Shown here: positions 9,895 through 21,000 of the stretch, in pieces
Position numbering within the stretch: position 1 is the stretch's first letter
Layout: every line of letters begins with the position of its first letter
Assembly (NCBI GenBank): GCA_963734495.1
Contig: CAVTHK010000001.1
Coordinates: forward strand, 192,001-256,000
DNA length: 64,000 nucleotides
Source of the DNA: an uncultured Spirochaetota bacterium
Lineage (GTDB): Bacteria; Spirochaetota; Spirochaetia; SZUA-6; CAVTHK01
Direction of reading: 5' to 3'
Notes under the pieces: generated by a model
Database searches by the model: none
What the model saw: the letters and a program-made list of their open reading frames with translations, nothing else
What the model was told of the DNA's origin: nothing
Translations under genes and position numbers: made by a program

Positions 9895-10917
9895 ATGGAA
9901 ACCTGGAGGCGCTTCGGCCGCAGCAAGATCATGTGGCCCCTGGTCACCCTGGCGATCCTGCTTCTCTTCAACCTCTTCTTCACGCCGAACTTCTTTCACA
10001 TCGAGATGCTCGAAGGACACCTGTTCGGCAACCTCATCGACATACTGAAGAACGGCGCCCCGATCATGATTCTCGCCATCGGGCTGACGCTCGTCATCGC
10101 GACGCACGGGATCGACATCTCGGTCGGATCGATCGTGGCGATCTCGGCGGGCGTCGTGGCGATGCTGATCGGCGGCGACCTGGCGGGCAATCCCAAGTAC
10201 CCCCTCGCCTTCGCGATGGTCGCCGCCCTGCTCGTCTGCACCGCGGCGGGAATGTGGAACGGGATGCTCGTCTCCTGGATCGGCATGCAGCCCATCATCG
10301 CGACCCTGATCCTGTTCGTCGCGGGACGCGGGATCGCCATGGTGACGACCAACGCCATGGTGATCTGGCTCTACGTCAAACCGTTCGCCCTCCTGGGACA
10401 GGGCTACCTGTTCGGCCTGCCCTTCTCGCTGTACATCGTGGCGTCCTGCTGGCCGGAACGCTGGCTGGTGACCAGGAAGACGGCCCTGGGCATGTTCATC
10501 GAGGCCGTCGGGATCAACCCGACGGCGACCCGCTTTGCCGGCATCAACGCGAAGAGCATCGTCTTCTGGTGCTACACCTTCAGCGGGTTCTGCGCGGGCG
10601 TGTCCGGATTGGTCGTCTGTTCCACGGTCATGAGCGCCGACGGGAACAACGCGGGCAACCTCTTCGAGCTGGACGCGATCCTGGCCGTGGTGCTCGGCGG
10701 CACGTCGCTCAACGGCGGCAGGTTCTTCCTGTTCGGCAGCATGGTGGGAGCCCTGATCATCCAGACCCTGACGACGACCATCTACGCCTTCAACGTGCCG
10801 CCCGAGATCGCCCAGGTCGTCAAGGCGCTGGTGGTGTACGCGGTCAGCCTGCTGCAGTCGGAGATCTTCAGAGCGCGGGTTGCGGGCGTGTTCGGGCGGC
10901 GGGAGGCGGCGGCATGA
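9895..10917 (+). CDS. ytfT: sugar ABC permease (YtfT-like)
   Basis: GIDISVGS, QPIIATLILFVAGRGIA, ADGNNAG, ELDAILAVVLGGTSL. Confidence 0.85.
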   Translation: METWRRFGRSKIMWPLVTLAILLLFNLFFTPNFFHIEMLEGHLFGNLIDILKNGAPIMILAIGLTLVIATHGIDISVGSIVAISAGVVAMLIGGDLAGNPKYPLAFAMVAALLVCTAAGMWNGMLVSWIGMQPIIATLILFVAGRGIAMVTTNAMVIWLYVKPFALLGQGYLFGLPFSLYIVASCWPERWLVTRKTALGMFIEAVGINPTATRFAGINAKSIVFWCYTFSGFCAGVSGLVVCSTVMSADGNNAGNLFELDAILAVVLGGTSLNGGRFFLFGSMVGALIIQTLTTTIYAFNVPPEIAQVVKALVVYAVSLLQSEIFRARVAGVFGRREAAA

Positions 10918-11922
10918 AAGCGAGACTTCCCATACTTCGTCACCCTGGGGCTGTTCGTCATCATGTTCGCGCTGGGCTCGATCGCGTTCACCGGGTTCTT
11001 CTCGGTGCAGAACTTCCTGAACCTCTTCATCGACAACGCCTATCTCCTGATCCTGGCCGTCGGCATGACCTTCGTCATCATATCGGGAGGCATCGATCTG
11101 TCGGTGGGCTCGGTGCTCGCGCTGTCCACAATGGTGGCGTCGAGCCTCCTCGAGAAGGCTCACGCGAGCCCGATCGTGGTGATCCCTCTCGTGCTTGCGA
11201 TGGGGACGGCGCTGGGCCTGTTCATGGGCTACCTGATCCAGAGCTTCAGTCTCCCCCCCTTCATCATCACGCTGGCGGGGCTCTACCTGGCGCGCGGGCT
11301 CTGTTACGTGGTGAGCATCGACACGATCGCGATCACCAACGAGTTCTGGAAGACGGTGGCGTACGCCTCGGTCAAGATCGTCGGCAAGGACTTCGTCTCG
11401 CCCGGGGCGATCATTGCGGTCGCCGTCGTGCTGGCCGGGCTGTACGTTTCCCGCTTCACCCGGCTCGGAAGGACCGCGTACGCGATGGGCGGGAACGAAC
11501 AGTCGGCCGTCCTGATGGGACTTCCGGTGGCGAGCACAAAGATCACGATCTACGCCCTGAGCGGGTTCTGCTCCGCGCTGGCCGGGATCGTGTTCACCTT
11601 CTACACGCTCTCCGGCTACGCGCTCCACGGCAAGGGGATGGAACTGGACGCCATCGCCACGGTGGTGATCGGCGGCACGCTGCTGACCGGCGGAGCGGGC
11701 AGCATCCTGGGCACTGTGCTGGGCGTGCTGGTCTACGGAATCATCCAGGTGCTCATCGTCTTCCAGGGCACGCTGAACTCCTGGTGGACGAGGATCGTGA
11801 TCGGCTTCCTGGTGTTCGTGTTCTGCCTCCTGCAGCGGCTGTTCGAATCGAAGAAGAAGAAGGCGACCGTGGGCAGGCGCCCTCCCGCAGAGCGCGCAGA
11901 GGTCCAGGCAGCGCGATTGTAG
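10914..11922 (+). CDS. yjfF: sugar ABC permease (YjfF-like), frameshift near 10930
   Basis: ATGA overlap; NLFIDNAYLLILAVGMTFVIISGGIDLSVGSV, GGNEQSAVLMGLPV, GTLNSWWTRIVIG. Confidence 0.88.
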
Positions 11923-11941
11923 CGGACGGGTGTCACGCGCG

Positions 11942-12829
11942 ATGCCGACGACGATGACCCGCAACAACTCCCATCGACAGCCGGATCCCGCCGAAAGCTG
12001 GGAGCTCGACCGCTCGGAATCCGCGGCAGACTCGTCCTCACGGGGGATCTACGACGTCTTCCCGCGCACTCCGCGCACCGCGGAGGACCTCCCCGAGGGC
12101 GCCCTCGAGACGCTCAACAGGGGCTGCTCCCTGGGAGGGCTTGAGCAGCTCTTCGTGATTCCCCGCGCGACGCGCTCGACGGGGTGCGGCGACCAGAAGG
12201 TGACATCGCCCCGATGCGTCCTGGGCATGGGCACGCGGGCCGTCGGGCTCTGGACCGAGGAGCCCGAGAGAGGGATGAAAGTGCTGATCCCCCTCGACAG
12301 GATCGGCGCGATCGAGGACGTCACGATCCTGCTCTACGGCAGGCTCAGCTTCTTCTCGTTCGCCGAGAGGCTGACGATCCGCTACAACACGCTGGCGCGG
12401 TCCGGCCTCAGGCCGGCCCTGCTCGCACTGCGGGAGAGGCTGACGGGCTTGCCGCTGCCCCTCCCCGCGGAGGAGAACGCGCGCGTGGAGCTCCCGGTCA
12501 AGTGGAAGCGCGTCCTCAGCGGCCCCGTGGCTCGATTGCGCGAAGGGGCCCCGGTCCTCTATCGGTTCGCCGTCGCCCCAGGGAGAACCGGCGAAGACGT
12601 CGATCGCGGCCAGCTTCTGGTCGTGAACCCCCACGAGCTTGTCTACACATGCGACCCGCTCGAGGCGTCCCACAACTATGGCGAGGACTCCTATGTTGTT
12701 CCCCGCGCGCGGGTCACCCGCGTGCGAGCCCGCGAGAGGCAGCTCGAAGTCACCGCCAATGGAGCTCGTTTGTCGCTGAGCATGGCGCCCGAGCTCCGAG
12801 AGGCCGCGGTCCGCTGGTTGACAGTCTGA
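11942..12829 (+). CDS. hypothetical protein, possibly two tandem PH-like domains; start uncertain
   Basis: Long ORF with gene-like codon usage directly after yjfF. Each half is beta-rich and ends in a helix (IPLDRIGAIEDVTILLYGRL; VPRARVTRVRARERQLEV). Confidence 0.65.
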   Translation: MPTTMTRNNSHRQPDPAESWELDRSESAADSSSRGIYDVFPRTPRTAEDLPEGALETLNRGCSLGGLEQLFVIPRATRSTGCGDQKVTSPRCVLGMGTRAVGLWTEEPERGMKVLIPLDRIGAIEDVTILLYGRLSFFSFAERLTIRYNTLARSGLRPALLALRERLTGLPLPLPAEENARVELPVKWKRVLSGPVARLREGAPVLYRFAVAPGRTGEDVDRGQLLVVNPHELVYTCDPLEASHNYGEDSYVVPRARVTRVRARERQLEVTANGARLSLSMAPELREAAVRWLTV

Positions 12830-12866
12830 AAGCCGCGGGCGCCCGCGGTGGAGACGCGAAGCGTTC

Positions 12867-13169
12867 CTATCGGCCGAGGCGCTGCTGCAGGACCTCGAAC
12901 CCCGCCCACGTGACCTGCTGGCACAGGGCGGTGATCTTGGGGAACGCTTCCTGGTGCTCGGGCGAGGCCACCCACTTGAGGCGCAGCTCCTCGCTCTCGA
13001 AGGCGAGCTCTATGCGATACTGCCTCAGGGCATCGCGTGCCTTGAGCAGGGCGACCCGCCGGAAGCCGTTCTGGACGGATATCGCCGGCGCGAACGCGTC
13101 GCGAAACGACGCCTCCAGCTCCGCGTCCTTTCCCGCGAGCGGCTCCAAGTAGATGTGCAGCTCCGTCAT
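12867..13169 (-). CDS. antibiotic biosynthesis monooxygenase (ABM, dimeric alpha-beta barrel) family protein
   Basis: 100 aa: GKDAELEASF, QNGFRRVALL, FESEELRLKWVASPEHQ; ATGA overlap with upstream gene. Confidence 0.75.
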   Translation of the reverse strand: MTELHIYLEPLAGKDAELEASFRDAFAPAISVQNGFRRVALLKARDALRQYRIELAFESEELRLKWVASPEHQEAFPKITALCQQVTWAGFEVLQQRLGR

Positions 13170-13912
13170 CGCTCCGGCCCCCCGATCTCGCAGCTTTCGC
13201 CGGGCTCCAGCGCCACGAGGCGAACCTTCGGCGCGCGCACCTTCATCTCGACTTCCAGGCGGCGCAGATCGAGCATCTGGTTGGCGAAAGTGCCGTGATG
13301 AATCGGTATGAGCACCCGCGGCAGGATCAGGGAGGCCGCGTAGGCGGCTTCGCGGTAGCCCATGTTGTACTTGCCGCCCACGGGACAGATCGCGAGGTCC
13401 GGAGCGTAGAGATCGCGAATCAACGCCATGTCGCCGAACACCCCCGTGTCCCCGGCGAAGTAGATGCCCGGTCCGTCCGCGATCCGCAGCACGTAACCGG
13501 CCGCGCCGGAACCGGGGACGACGGTGCCGTCCTTCTGGTACTCCTCGCCCAGGATTTCGGACGTGTGGTCGGCAGCGACCATCGTCAGGGTGAAGGCCTC
13601 CGTCTCCCAGCTCCCCCCGATGTTCAGCGGGTAGGAGTCCACGTCGTAGCGGATGCCTTTGTGGTCGGCGTAGATGGCGATCTCCGGGCTGCAGATCAGC
13701 CTGGCCCCGGTCTGCTTCACGATCTGGAGCGAATCGCCGATGTGGTCGTCGTGTCCGTGCGTCACGCAGACCGCGGTCGCCTGCCTGATGTCCTTCAATT
13801 TGATCGGGCATTTGGGGTTGCCCTCGATCCAGGGATCGAAGAAGATCGTCTGTCCGCCCGCCTCGACCCGGATCGAAGCGTGCCCCAGCCACGTTACCTT
13901 TGCCACAGTCAC
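13166..13912 (-). CDS. metallo-beta-lactamase-fold metal-dependent hydrolase (UPF0173-like)
   Basis: TWLGHAS, DPW, THGHDDHIGD, YFAGDTG, IPIHHGTF; GGGAGG RBS and GTG start overlapping the upstream stop. Confidence 0.9.
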   Translation of the reverse strand: MTVAKVTWLGHASIRVEAGGQTIFFDPWIEGNPKCPIKLKDIRQATAVCVTHGHDDHIGDSLQIVKQTGARLICSPEIAIYADHKGIRYDVDSYPLNIGGSWETEAFTLTMVAADHTSEILGEEYQKDGTVVPGSGAAGYVLRIADGPGIYFAGDTGVFGDMALIRDLYAPDLAICPVGGKYNMGYREAAYAASLILPRVLIPIHHGTFANQMLDLRRLEVEMKVRAPKVRLVALEPGESCEIGGPER

Positions 13913-14880
13913 GTTCCCGCCTCCCTTGCGCTTCGACCTCGACGCGGCCTGCGGACCGCCTCTGCCTCGAGCAGGGCCTGCAGGTTGCGGCCGATGACCG
14001 GGAGATATCCGTTCAGGCCGAGCCGGGAGAGCTTTTCGCTGATGGCGGTCCAGGGAGCGGCTCCCTTGTCGGGCGCAGCGCGCAGGATCGCCTCTGTCTC
14101 TTCGCGATCGAACGTCACCCGGCTGTCCCGCTCGACGAGCATGCCCTCGTTGGACGGGCAGATCTCCTGGCAGGCCATGCAGCCGACGAGGCAGTTGTGT
14201 GCCGAGGCGGGAATCCAGCGCGGCCAGCTGCCCGGAGCCTCGTTGAACGCGACCAGGCACCTCTCGGCGTTCAGGAGGAATCGCTGCCTCGGGATCGCTC
14301 CTGTCGGGCACGCGGCGAGGCACGCGTCGCACGATGCGCAGGCAGCCATCGAGGCGGGGCCCCGCGGCGCCGGAAGCGGCAGCGCGGGCGCCGCGCCAGT
14401 GAGCACGGCGCAGAGAAGCACGTAGCTGCCGAGGCCCCGCGCGTAGGTGACGTTGTTGCGGCCGTACTCGGTGAGGCCGAGACGAGTCGCGACGGCTTTG
14501 CGCGGACCGCGCAGCGGCACGAGGTCTCCGTCGAGCTCGGGCAGCAGCGCCTTGAGCTCGGCCACGATCGTCTGATCCATGCGCGCGTCCTCGCCGTAGG
14601 TCGGCGGCACGCGGGCCTCCACGATTCCATCGGGAAGCTCGAACGCTATCCACAACGCGGGACACGGCACGGCCACCGCGATCACGGCGCGAGAGCCGAG
14701 GTCGGACGGAAGCGTGGGCTCAGCGAGCCACCTGAGCCACTTTGTCACGAGGTCAGGGTCCAGCTCGCCGCCGCGGGCGCGAGCAGCGACGTCCTCCAGT
14801 GCCTGCGGAAGCACGGTTGCGGGTCCAGCCGCAACGCGGTAGCCCCTGACGCGAGCCCACTCCTGCAGACGGTCGAGCAT
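13909..14880 (-). CDS. QueG/reductive-dehalogenase-like 2x[4Fe-4S] protein
   Basis: GLTEYGRNN...GLGSYVLL, CASCDACLAACPTGAI, ERC, GCMACQEICP. Confidence 0.8.
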   Translation of the reverse strand: MLDRLQEWARVRGYRVAAGPATVLPQALEDVAARARGGELDPDLVTKWLRWLAEPTLPSDLGSRAVIAVAVPCPALWIAFELPDGIVEARVPPTYGEDARMDQTIVAELKALLPELDGDLVPLRGPRKAVATRLGLTEYGRNNVTYARGLGSYVLLCAVLTGAAPALPLPAPRGPASMAACASCDACLAACPTGAIPRQRFLLNAERCLVAFNEAPGSWPRWIPASAHNCLVGCMACQEICPSNEGMLVERDSRVTFDREETEAILRAAPDKGAAPWTAISEKLSRLGLNGYLPVIGRNLQALLEAEAVRRPRRGRSAREAGT

Positions 14881-14948
14881 GGTCCCAGCGTGCGCGCCAT
14901 GACGGCCGCTGTCAACGCGGACGCCGCCATGCGCGGCCCGCAACGAAT

Positions 14949-14978
14949 TTGACAGCGCTGTTTGGCGCCACCTATAAT
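14949..14978 (+). promoter_or_regulatory. perfect-consensus sigma70 promoter upstream of the giant gene
   Basis: TTGACA (14949-14954), 18 nt, TATAAT (14973-14978). Confidence 0.8.
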
Positions 14979-15028
14979 CATTGCTGCTCCCGTCACAACG
15001 CACGTTTTCAGGGGAAGTGCAGATCCAC

Positions 15029-18000
15029 GTGGAGAGGGAAAGCCGTACCTATGTGCTCGAATCTCTGGAGCAGCGGCTTCTCCTGTCAGGGACTGGAATC
15101 CCGGACGCGATGGCGGCGGCAGTCCCCCCATGTGAGTCGCTCATCCAGGTGCAGGTGCGCGGAAGCGGCGAGCAAGTAACGATTTCGCAACAGTCAAGCT
15201 CCGGGTACAGCCCCGAAGCCAAACTGTCTGATCTGTTCGGGGTCGGAGAGCAAGGCGACGAGAGCGAAGGCGACGAGAGCGGGCCTGTTCGCGAGGATCC
15301 TCTCGCCGGTCCGCAAACACCGGCTTCCACTACCGTTGATCCGAGCTCGCAGGGAACGGAGCTCGCATCTCCCTCGGATCAGGACGGAGACAGGGCGGAA
15401 GACCCCGTTTCCGACGGACCGATCGGGCGCTCGCTCAATCGATCGCGGCCGGCCGGCTCGTCGAAATGCTCGAGGCGGCACAGCCGCCCCCGGACCATGA
15501 GGACAGCGCAGCCGCGACCGGACTCACTCTCGGGGATCTGGACTCGTTCGTAGAAGAGGCCAGGAGACGGTGGCGGGAGAGTGCGTCGATCGACGACAGT
15601 GGGCTGGATCTCCTCGCGTCCGCTTCGTTCAGCATCGCGGATCTCGATGGCTCTGGCGCTGGGCCTGACGAACGGATCTGCGTCCAGATCGACGCAGACG
15701 CCGCCGGCCACGGGTGGTTCGTCGATTCCTCGCCTCACGACGACCAGGAGTTCGAGCTCGTGTTCGGCGATACGCTGCTGGCCGACTACCGCAGTGCAGC
15801 GGCCGGCCGCATGGATCTGCTCACGGTCGTGATGCACGAGCTCGGGCACGTTGCCGGTTTCGAGCATACCGCGCAGACGGGTCTGATGGCGGAGACTCTG
15901 CAGGCAAGCCAGAGGCATCTGCCGGCGAGCCGCAACGCTGGCCCGGACGCGGCTTCCGCAGCCGACGAGCTGGTTGAGACCCTGCGGGCCGGCGAGCCCC
16001 CGCCCGCGGACGGGCTGTTCCTCACGATCACCCCGGACCCCACCGGCGCGGACCTCAGTCTCCTGAGGCAGGGCCTGCCGGAATTCTTTGGCGGCCTGCA
16101 GGTCCGTCTGAACATATCGGTGTTCAATTCGGCCACCACGTACGTGGGGCTCCCCCTCATCGGCACGCAGATGGCGACGGAGACCCCGGGGCAGTTCGCC
16201 GACCTGCTTGCATCGCGGCTCTCGGACTTCCTGGCAGGGATCGACAACGTCTCCGTCGATTCCGTCGTCGCCGAGCTCGAGCGGACCCTGGCCGGCAGCA
16301 TCGCGGGCGACATCAGCGTGTACGGCCGCGACGGAGACCCCCTCATCCTCTTCCAGCTCACCCTCACCGGGACCATCTCGGACGCTGTGGATGCGGACCT
16401 GGGCCTGGGCGAGGATCCCTTCCTCGAAGTCCTGATCAACACAGAGGACATGGCGCAGGTCACCGCGACGTGGAGCCTGGAGGTCACCTTCGGGGTGATT
16501 GAAACGAGCGACGGCTCGTTCTTCGTCGTCGACACTTCGCAGGCTGACGAGGTCGCCGTCGAGGTCCAGGTGATCCTGGACAGCGACCTGTCCGCCATCG
16601 GGAAGCTGGGTGTCTTTTCGGCGCTGATCGAGAACGATCCGAATCAGGTCTCGACGTTCCAGGGCAGCTACACCATCGACCTGGTGGACCCCGACAACCA
16701 TCTGACAGTGGCGGAGCTCGACTCGCTTGTCCTCGACGCCTCGCTTTCAGGCACCGGCTATGCGGACCTCGACATCGAGGGCTCCTTTGTTCCCGATCTC
16801 TACGCCTGGACAGACGGGCAGTACCAGGGGCTGACCGACGCGGATCGCAACGACGTCTTCAACGTGGCGATCACGACCGACGCGAAAATCACCTACGCGT
16901 TTGCGGATGCCGACCCGTCATCCGCGACCTTCGGCACCGATCCGGTCATCGCGTTCGACAATGTCCAGCTCGACGCCGACGAGTACCTCGGCGGGTTCCT
17001 CGGGCCCGTCATCAGGGCGCTGCGGCCGGTCCTTTCCCAGATCAAGCCGATCCTGGATTTCCTGCAGACCCCCATCCCCGGCATCAGCGATCTGAGCGAA
17101 GCCGTGGGCGGGCCCCCGGTGACGTTCATGGACATGGCAAGCATCGGGTCCCCCGCTGCTTCCGCGGCCCTGCGCACCCTTTCCCTCATCACCACGCTGG
17201 TCACGGCCGAAGCGCCCGCGCGCACGGGAACCCTGACCAACCTGGTGGGCATGGGCTCGTTCAGGGTCCGCGCGTCCAAGGTGTTCGGGCAGAAGACCGA
17301 GGTTACCGAGTCGAAGCCGGCAACGGATGCAAAGAAGGGAGTGCAGAGCAAGAACGAGCTCGTCATGAAGCTCGGAGGAGACATCAGCCTGCCCCTCCTG
17401 GAGGATCCTCAGAACATCTTCAAGCTCATGCGCGGCGAGACCGACGTCACGATGCTCGGCCTGAGGATCGACCTCGACCTGCAGCTCAAGTTCGCCAAGA
17501 CAATCCCGGTGTTCTGGATCCTCTCAGTGAAGATCGAGGCGAAGTTCGGCATGCTGCTGGATTTCGACATGGGCTACGACACCCTCGGCATCCGCTGGCT
17601 GTCCGAGACGCTGGACTACAGCGATCTGTCCACCCTCGAAGCGAGCCTCCTGGGCAACAAGCAGCTCTTGAGAGAGGGACTATACTTCGACGACCACAAC
17701 AGCAAAGGGGCCGTGGACGGGAACATCTCGCCGCCGGCCTTCACGGTGTCGGGGGAGCTGGCCGAGGACCCGCCGAACCTGGACGGCGCCGAACTCAAGT
17801 TCTTCGCGTCCGTTGGCGCGGGGGTAGTCCTGGGGATCGACACGGGGGTCATCAAGATCAACGTCGGCGTGGACTTTCCGTTCACGCTGGACATCCTCTT
17901 CGACCTGAACGACCTCCCGAACCGGCTCCCTCCCGACCAATGGCGCGACCCCGCGCTGGAGCCCGGCGTCCTGTACCAGTATCCCGCATCGCCTGCCGAC

Positions 18001-21000
18001 TATACCTACGACGGCCGCGTGAGGCTCGGCGAGCTGGACATGGAGCTCGCCTCCGATCGCCTCGCCATCTTCAAGTCCATGGGAGAGTTCTCGGTAGCGC
18101 TGCAAGCGTACATACTGGGCACGCTGGATTTCGGGTTCTTCAAAATCGTCGTCGTCGACAAGCGATGGAATCTGTACAAGATGACGCTCGCCAATTTCGA
18201 CATCTACACGCCGCCCAGCGACACGGAGGTGCTGTCCGGTGTCGTCAAGCGGCCGCCTGTTTTTGCCGGTTTCCTCGATCCCGCAGATCCCGGCACGCTC
18301 ACCCTGTACATGGGACCCTACGACTACCTGCGCGAGAACACGAACCCCAACGGCCTCGGTCGCGATTACGGGTTGGACGAGGAGTTCCGCATCCGGTCGC
18401 TTGGCCCGACGGACCCGAACGATCCCGATGCGGGTGAGACCGTGGTCGTGAAGTACCTGGACACCTTCGAGCAGGAGTTCACCGGGGTCAAGAAGATCGT
18501 TGGAAACGGCGGCAGCGGCGACGATGTCTTCTACGCGGATGAGACGGTCGGAGTCGACGTGGTCATGGTGGGTGGAGACGGAGCCGACGCGCTGGTCTAC
18601 CGGGGCTCGGGCGACGCGACGCTCTGGGGCGATGCCGGCGACGACGTGCTCGCAGGCGGCGGCGGCAACGATACCCTGGTCGGCGGAGATGGAAAGGATG
18701 ACATCGACGGCCAGGCGGGCGACGACCTGCTGATAGGAGGCAACGCGATCCTGGACGTCGTCGCAGGCGTGATTCCCGATCCCGCGGATGACGCGGTCGA
18801 CGGCGACATGCTCCTCGGCGGTCCCGGCGCGGACGTTCTCTATGGACAGGGAGGCGAGGACTATCTCGACGGCGGGGACGGAGACGACGTGCTTGTCGGA
18901 GGCGCCGGCGCCGACCGCTACATCTGGCGGCCGGGCAGCGGCGCAGATACCTTTGTCGAGGCTCCCGGATTGGCGGACAGCGACCAGCTCACCGTCGAGG
19001 GCGGGCTGGAGCTCGTCGGCAGCGGCGAGGATGTCGAGAACTACTATTACCGCGAACTCGACGACGACATCACGCTGAGCAGCGCGGGCGCTGCCGTGAT
19101 CATCAACGACGGGTCCTCGTCGATCTCAGCGGAGAACATGGAACAGATTGTCGTCGCGGCCGGAGGCGGCGCGGACACGGTGACGATCGGAGACCTCTCC
19201 GGGACTCGCCTGGAGCGGCTCGCCATCGACCTGAGCTCCCCCGTGGAGACCGCTCCCGAGGGCGACAAGGTCGTGATCAACGGCAGCGCGGATCCCGCGG
19301 TGGTCGACGTGATCACTGTGGACGGCGTCTACGAGCAACACGATCAGACGAACCTCGAAACCGGGGAGACGGGACCCGGCTCGAGCCCCGCGGTGCGCAT
19401 CACCGACGCGCAGCTCTCCGGTGCGGGAAGCTCGCAGCCGTGGGAAGCCTTCATTATCAATTCCTCCCCAGACAGGGATCAGCTGGAGATCTACGGGAAT
19501 CAGGGCGACGACCGGCTCTCCATCACCGCGGGGCAGGAGGACGTCCGGGTCCATGACCTGATCGACGTTTCCCTCTATGGAGGAGAAGGCAGCGATACCA
19601 TCCGCTCGGTCTACGCCGACGTGCGGATCGATGGCGGGGCCGGCACGGATTTCGTCACCCTGGCGGACGACGAGTACGGCCGCGATCTGCCGAGCGCGAT
19701 GCGGTTCGATGAGCTGCAGAGCGATGTCCTTGAATACGGCGAGGACGGGCTCCTGCTGACCGGCTCGAGCATTCTGGCGGCTTCCGCGGAGGTCAGCAGG
19801 TCCGTCTATCCCTCGGACCCGGTCTCCGAGCTCTTCACGCTGCGGATGGCGGACGGCGGTGCTTTCGATCTCGATGCCCTGGACGTCCGCCTTCGCGACG
19901 CGGACACCGCCGGCCAGACCGTCATGTTTACGGGCACGACTGCGAGCGGCGGCACGGTCACGCAGAGCTTCTACGTCGACAGCGACGGGGCGGCCCCCGA
20001 GTTCCACACCCTGCTCTTCGGCGCCGGATTCGCCGATCTCGTCTCCGTCTCCTGGCGTCCCCTGATGACGGTGACGGACAACATCGTCGCCAACGGACCG
20101 CGTCTCACGCTGTCCAGGGCCGGATCGGATTCGGGTGCCTTTGTCGCAGCCAGGCGAGGATTGCCCGACACCGTTGCCTGGTTCGCGGGGATCGAAGAGA
20201 TGCGCCTGGAGATGGGTTGCGACGCAGCAGGAAACCACCTGCAGGTGTTGAGCTCGATCGACGGCCCTCTCACGGTGGACGACGGCGCGGGGAACGACGC
20301 CCTGTTCATCGGATCCACGCAGGGGCCCCTCGTCGTCAACCTGGAAGGCGGCAACAACGAGGTGTCGTTCGGAAAGGACGGCACGCTGGCCGCGATCTTC
20401 GGCAGCGCGCATGTGAACGGCGGCCCCGGCGAGGACACGATCGTGTTCGACAGCACGGGGGAGGTCTCCGTTCAGGGGCACGTGGGGAGCGACGAGGTCC
20501 TGGGACTCGCCGCCCCGGCGGTTGTCGGCTTTGACGCGAACGTCGAGAGCCTGTGTCTCCTGCTCGGACCGGGAGACGACACCCTGTGGGTCCCCGATCC
20601 CGGCAGGAACATCGTGATTCGCGGAGGTGAGGGGGAGGATACCCTCGTCCTCGATCTGGCCGCGGACCCGGTGACGGGCAAGGTGACGACCTTTGACGTC
20701 GAGACCATACGCGTCTCGGACGTTCGAGCCGCGGGCGCGGGCGTCTGGACCCTCACCGATGTTCCCGCAGGGACCGGCCAGCCGGTGGCGAACACCAGCC
20801 TCTGGGCGCTCGACGGGGCGCCGCTGCTGCAGACGTTCGACGCAGCCTCGAGCCTGCTCTCCCTCACGTACCGTGCCGACACCGTCGAGATACTCGACGT
20901 CAATCACGACACCTCGGTCGATCTGAAGCAGGGGGACGACGAGGTCCGGGTGGGTCTGCCGCAGCAGAGCCTCTACAAGAACCTGGATGACATCCTTTCG

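Noticed and set aside
13909-14880. Assigning the symbol queG
   Set aside because: Only the C-terminal Fe-S/cobalamin-type region resembles QueG; orthology cannot be established by eye.
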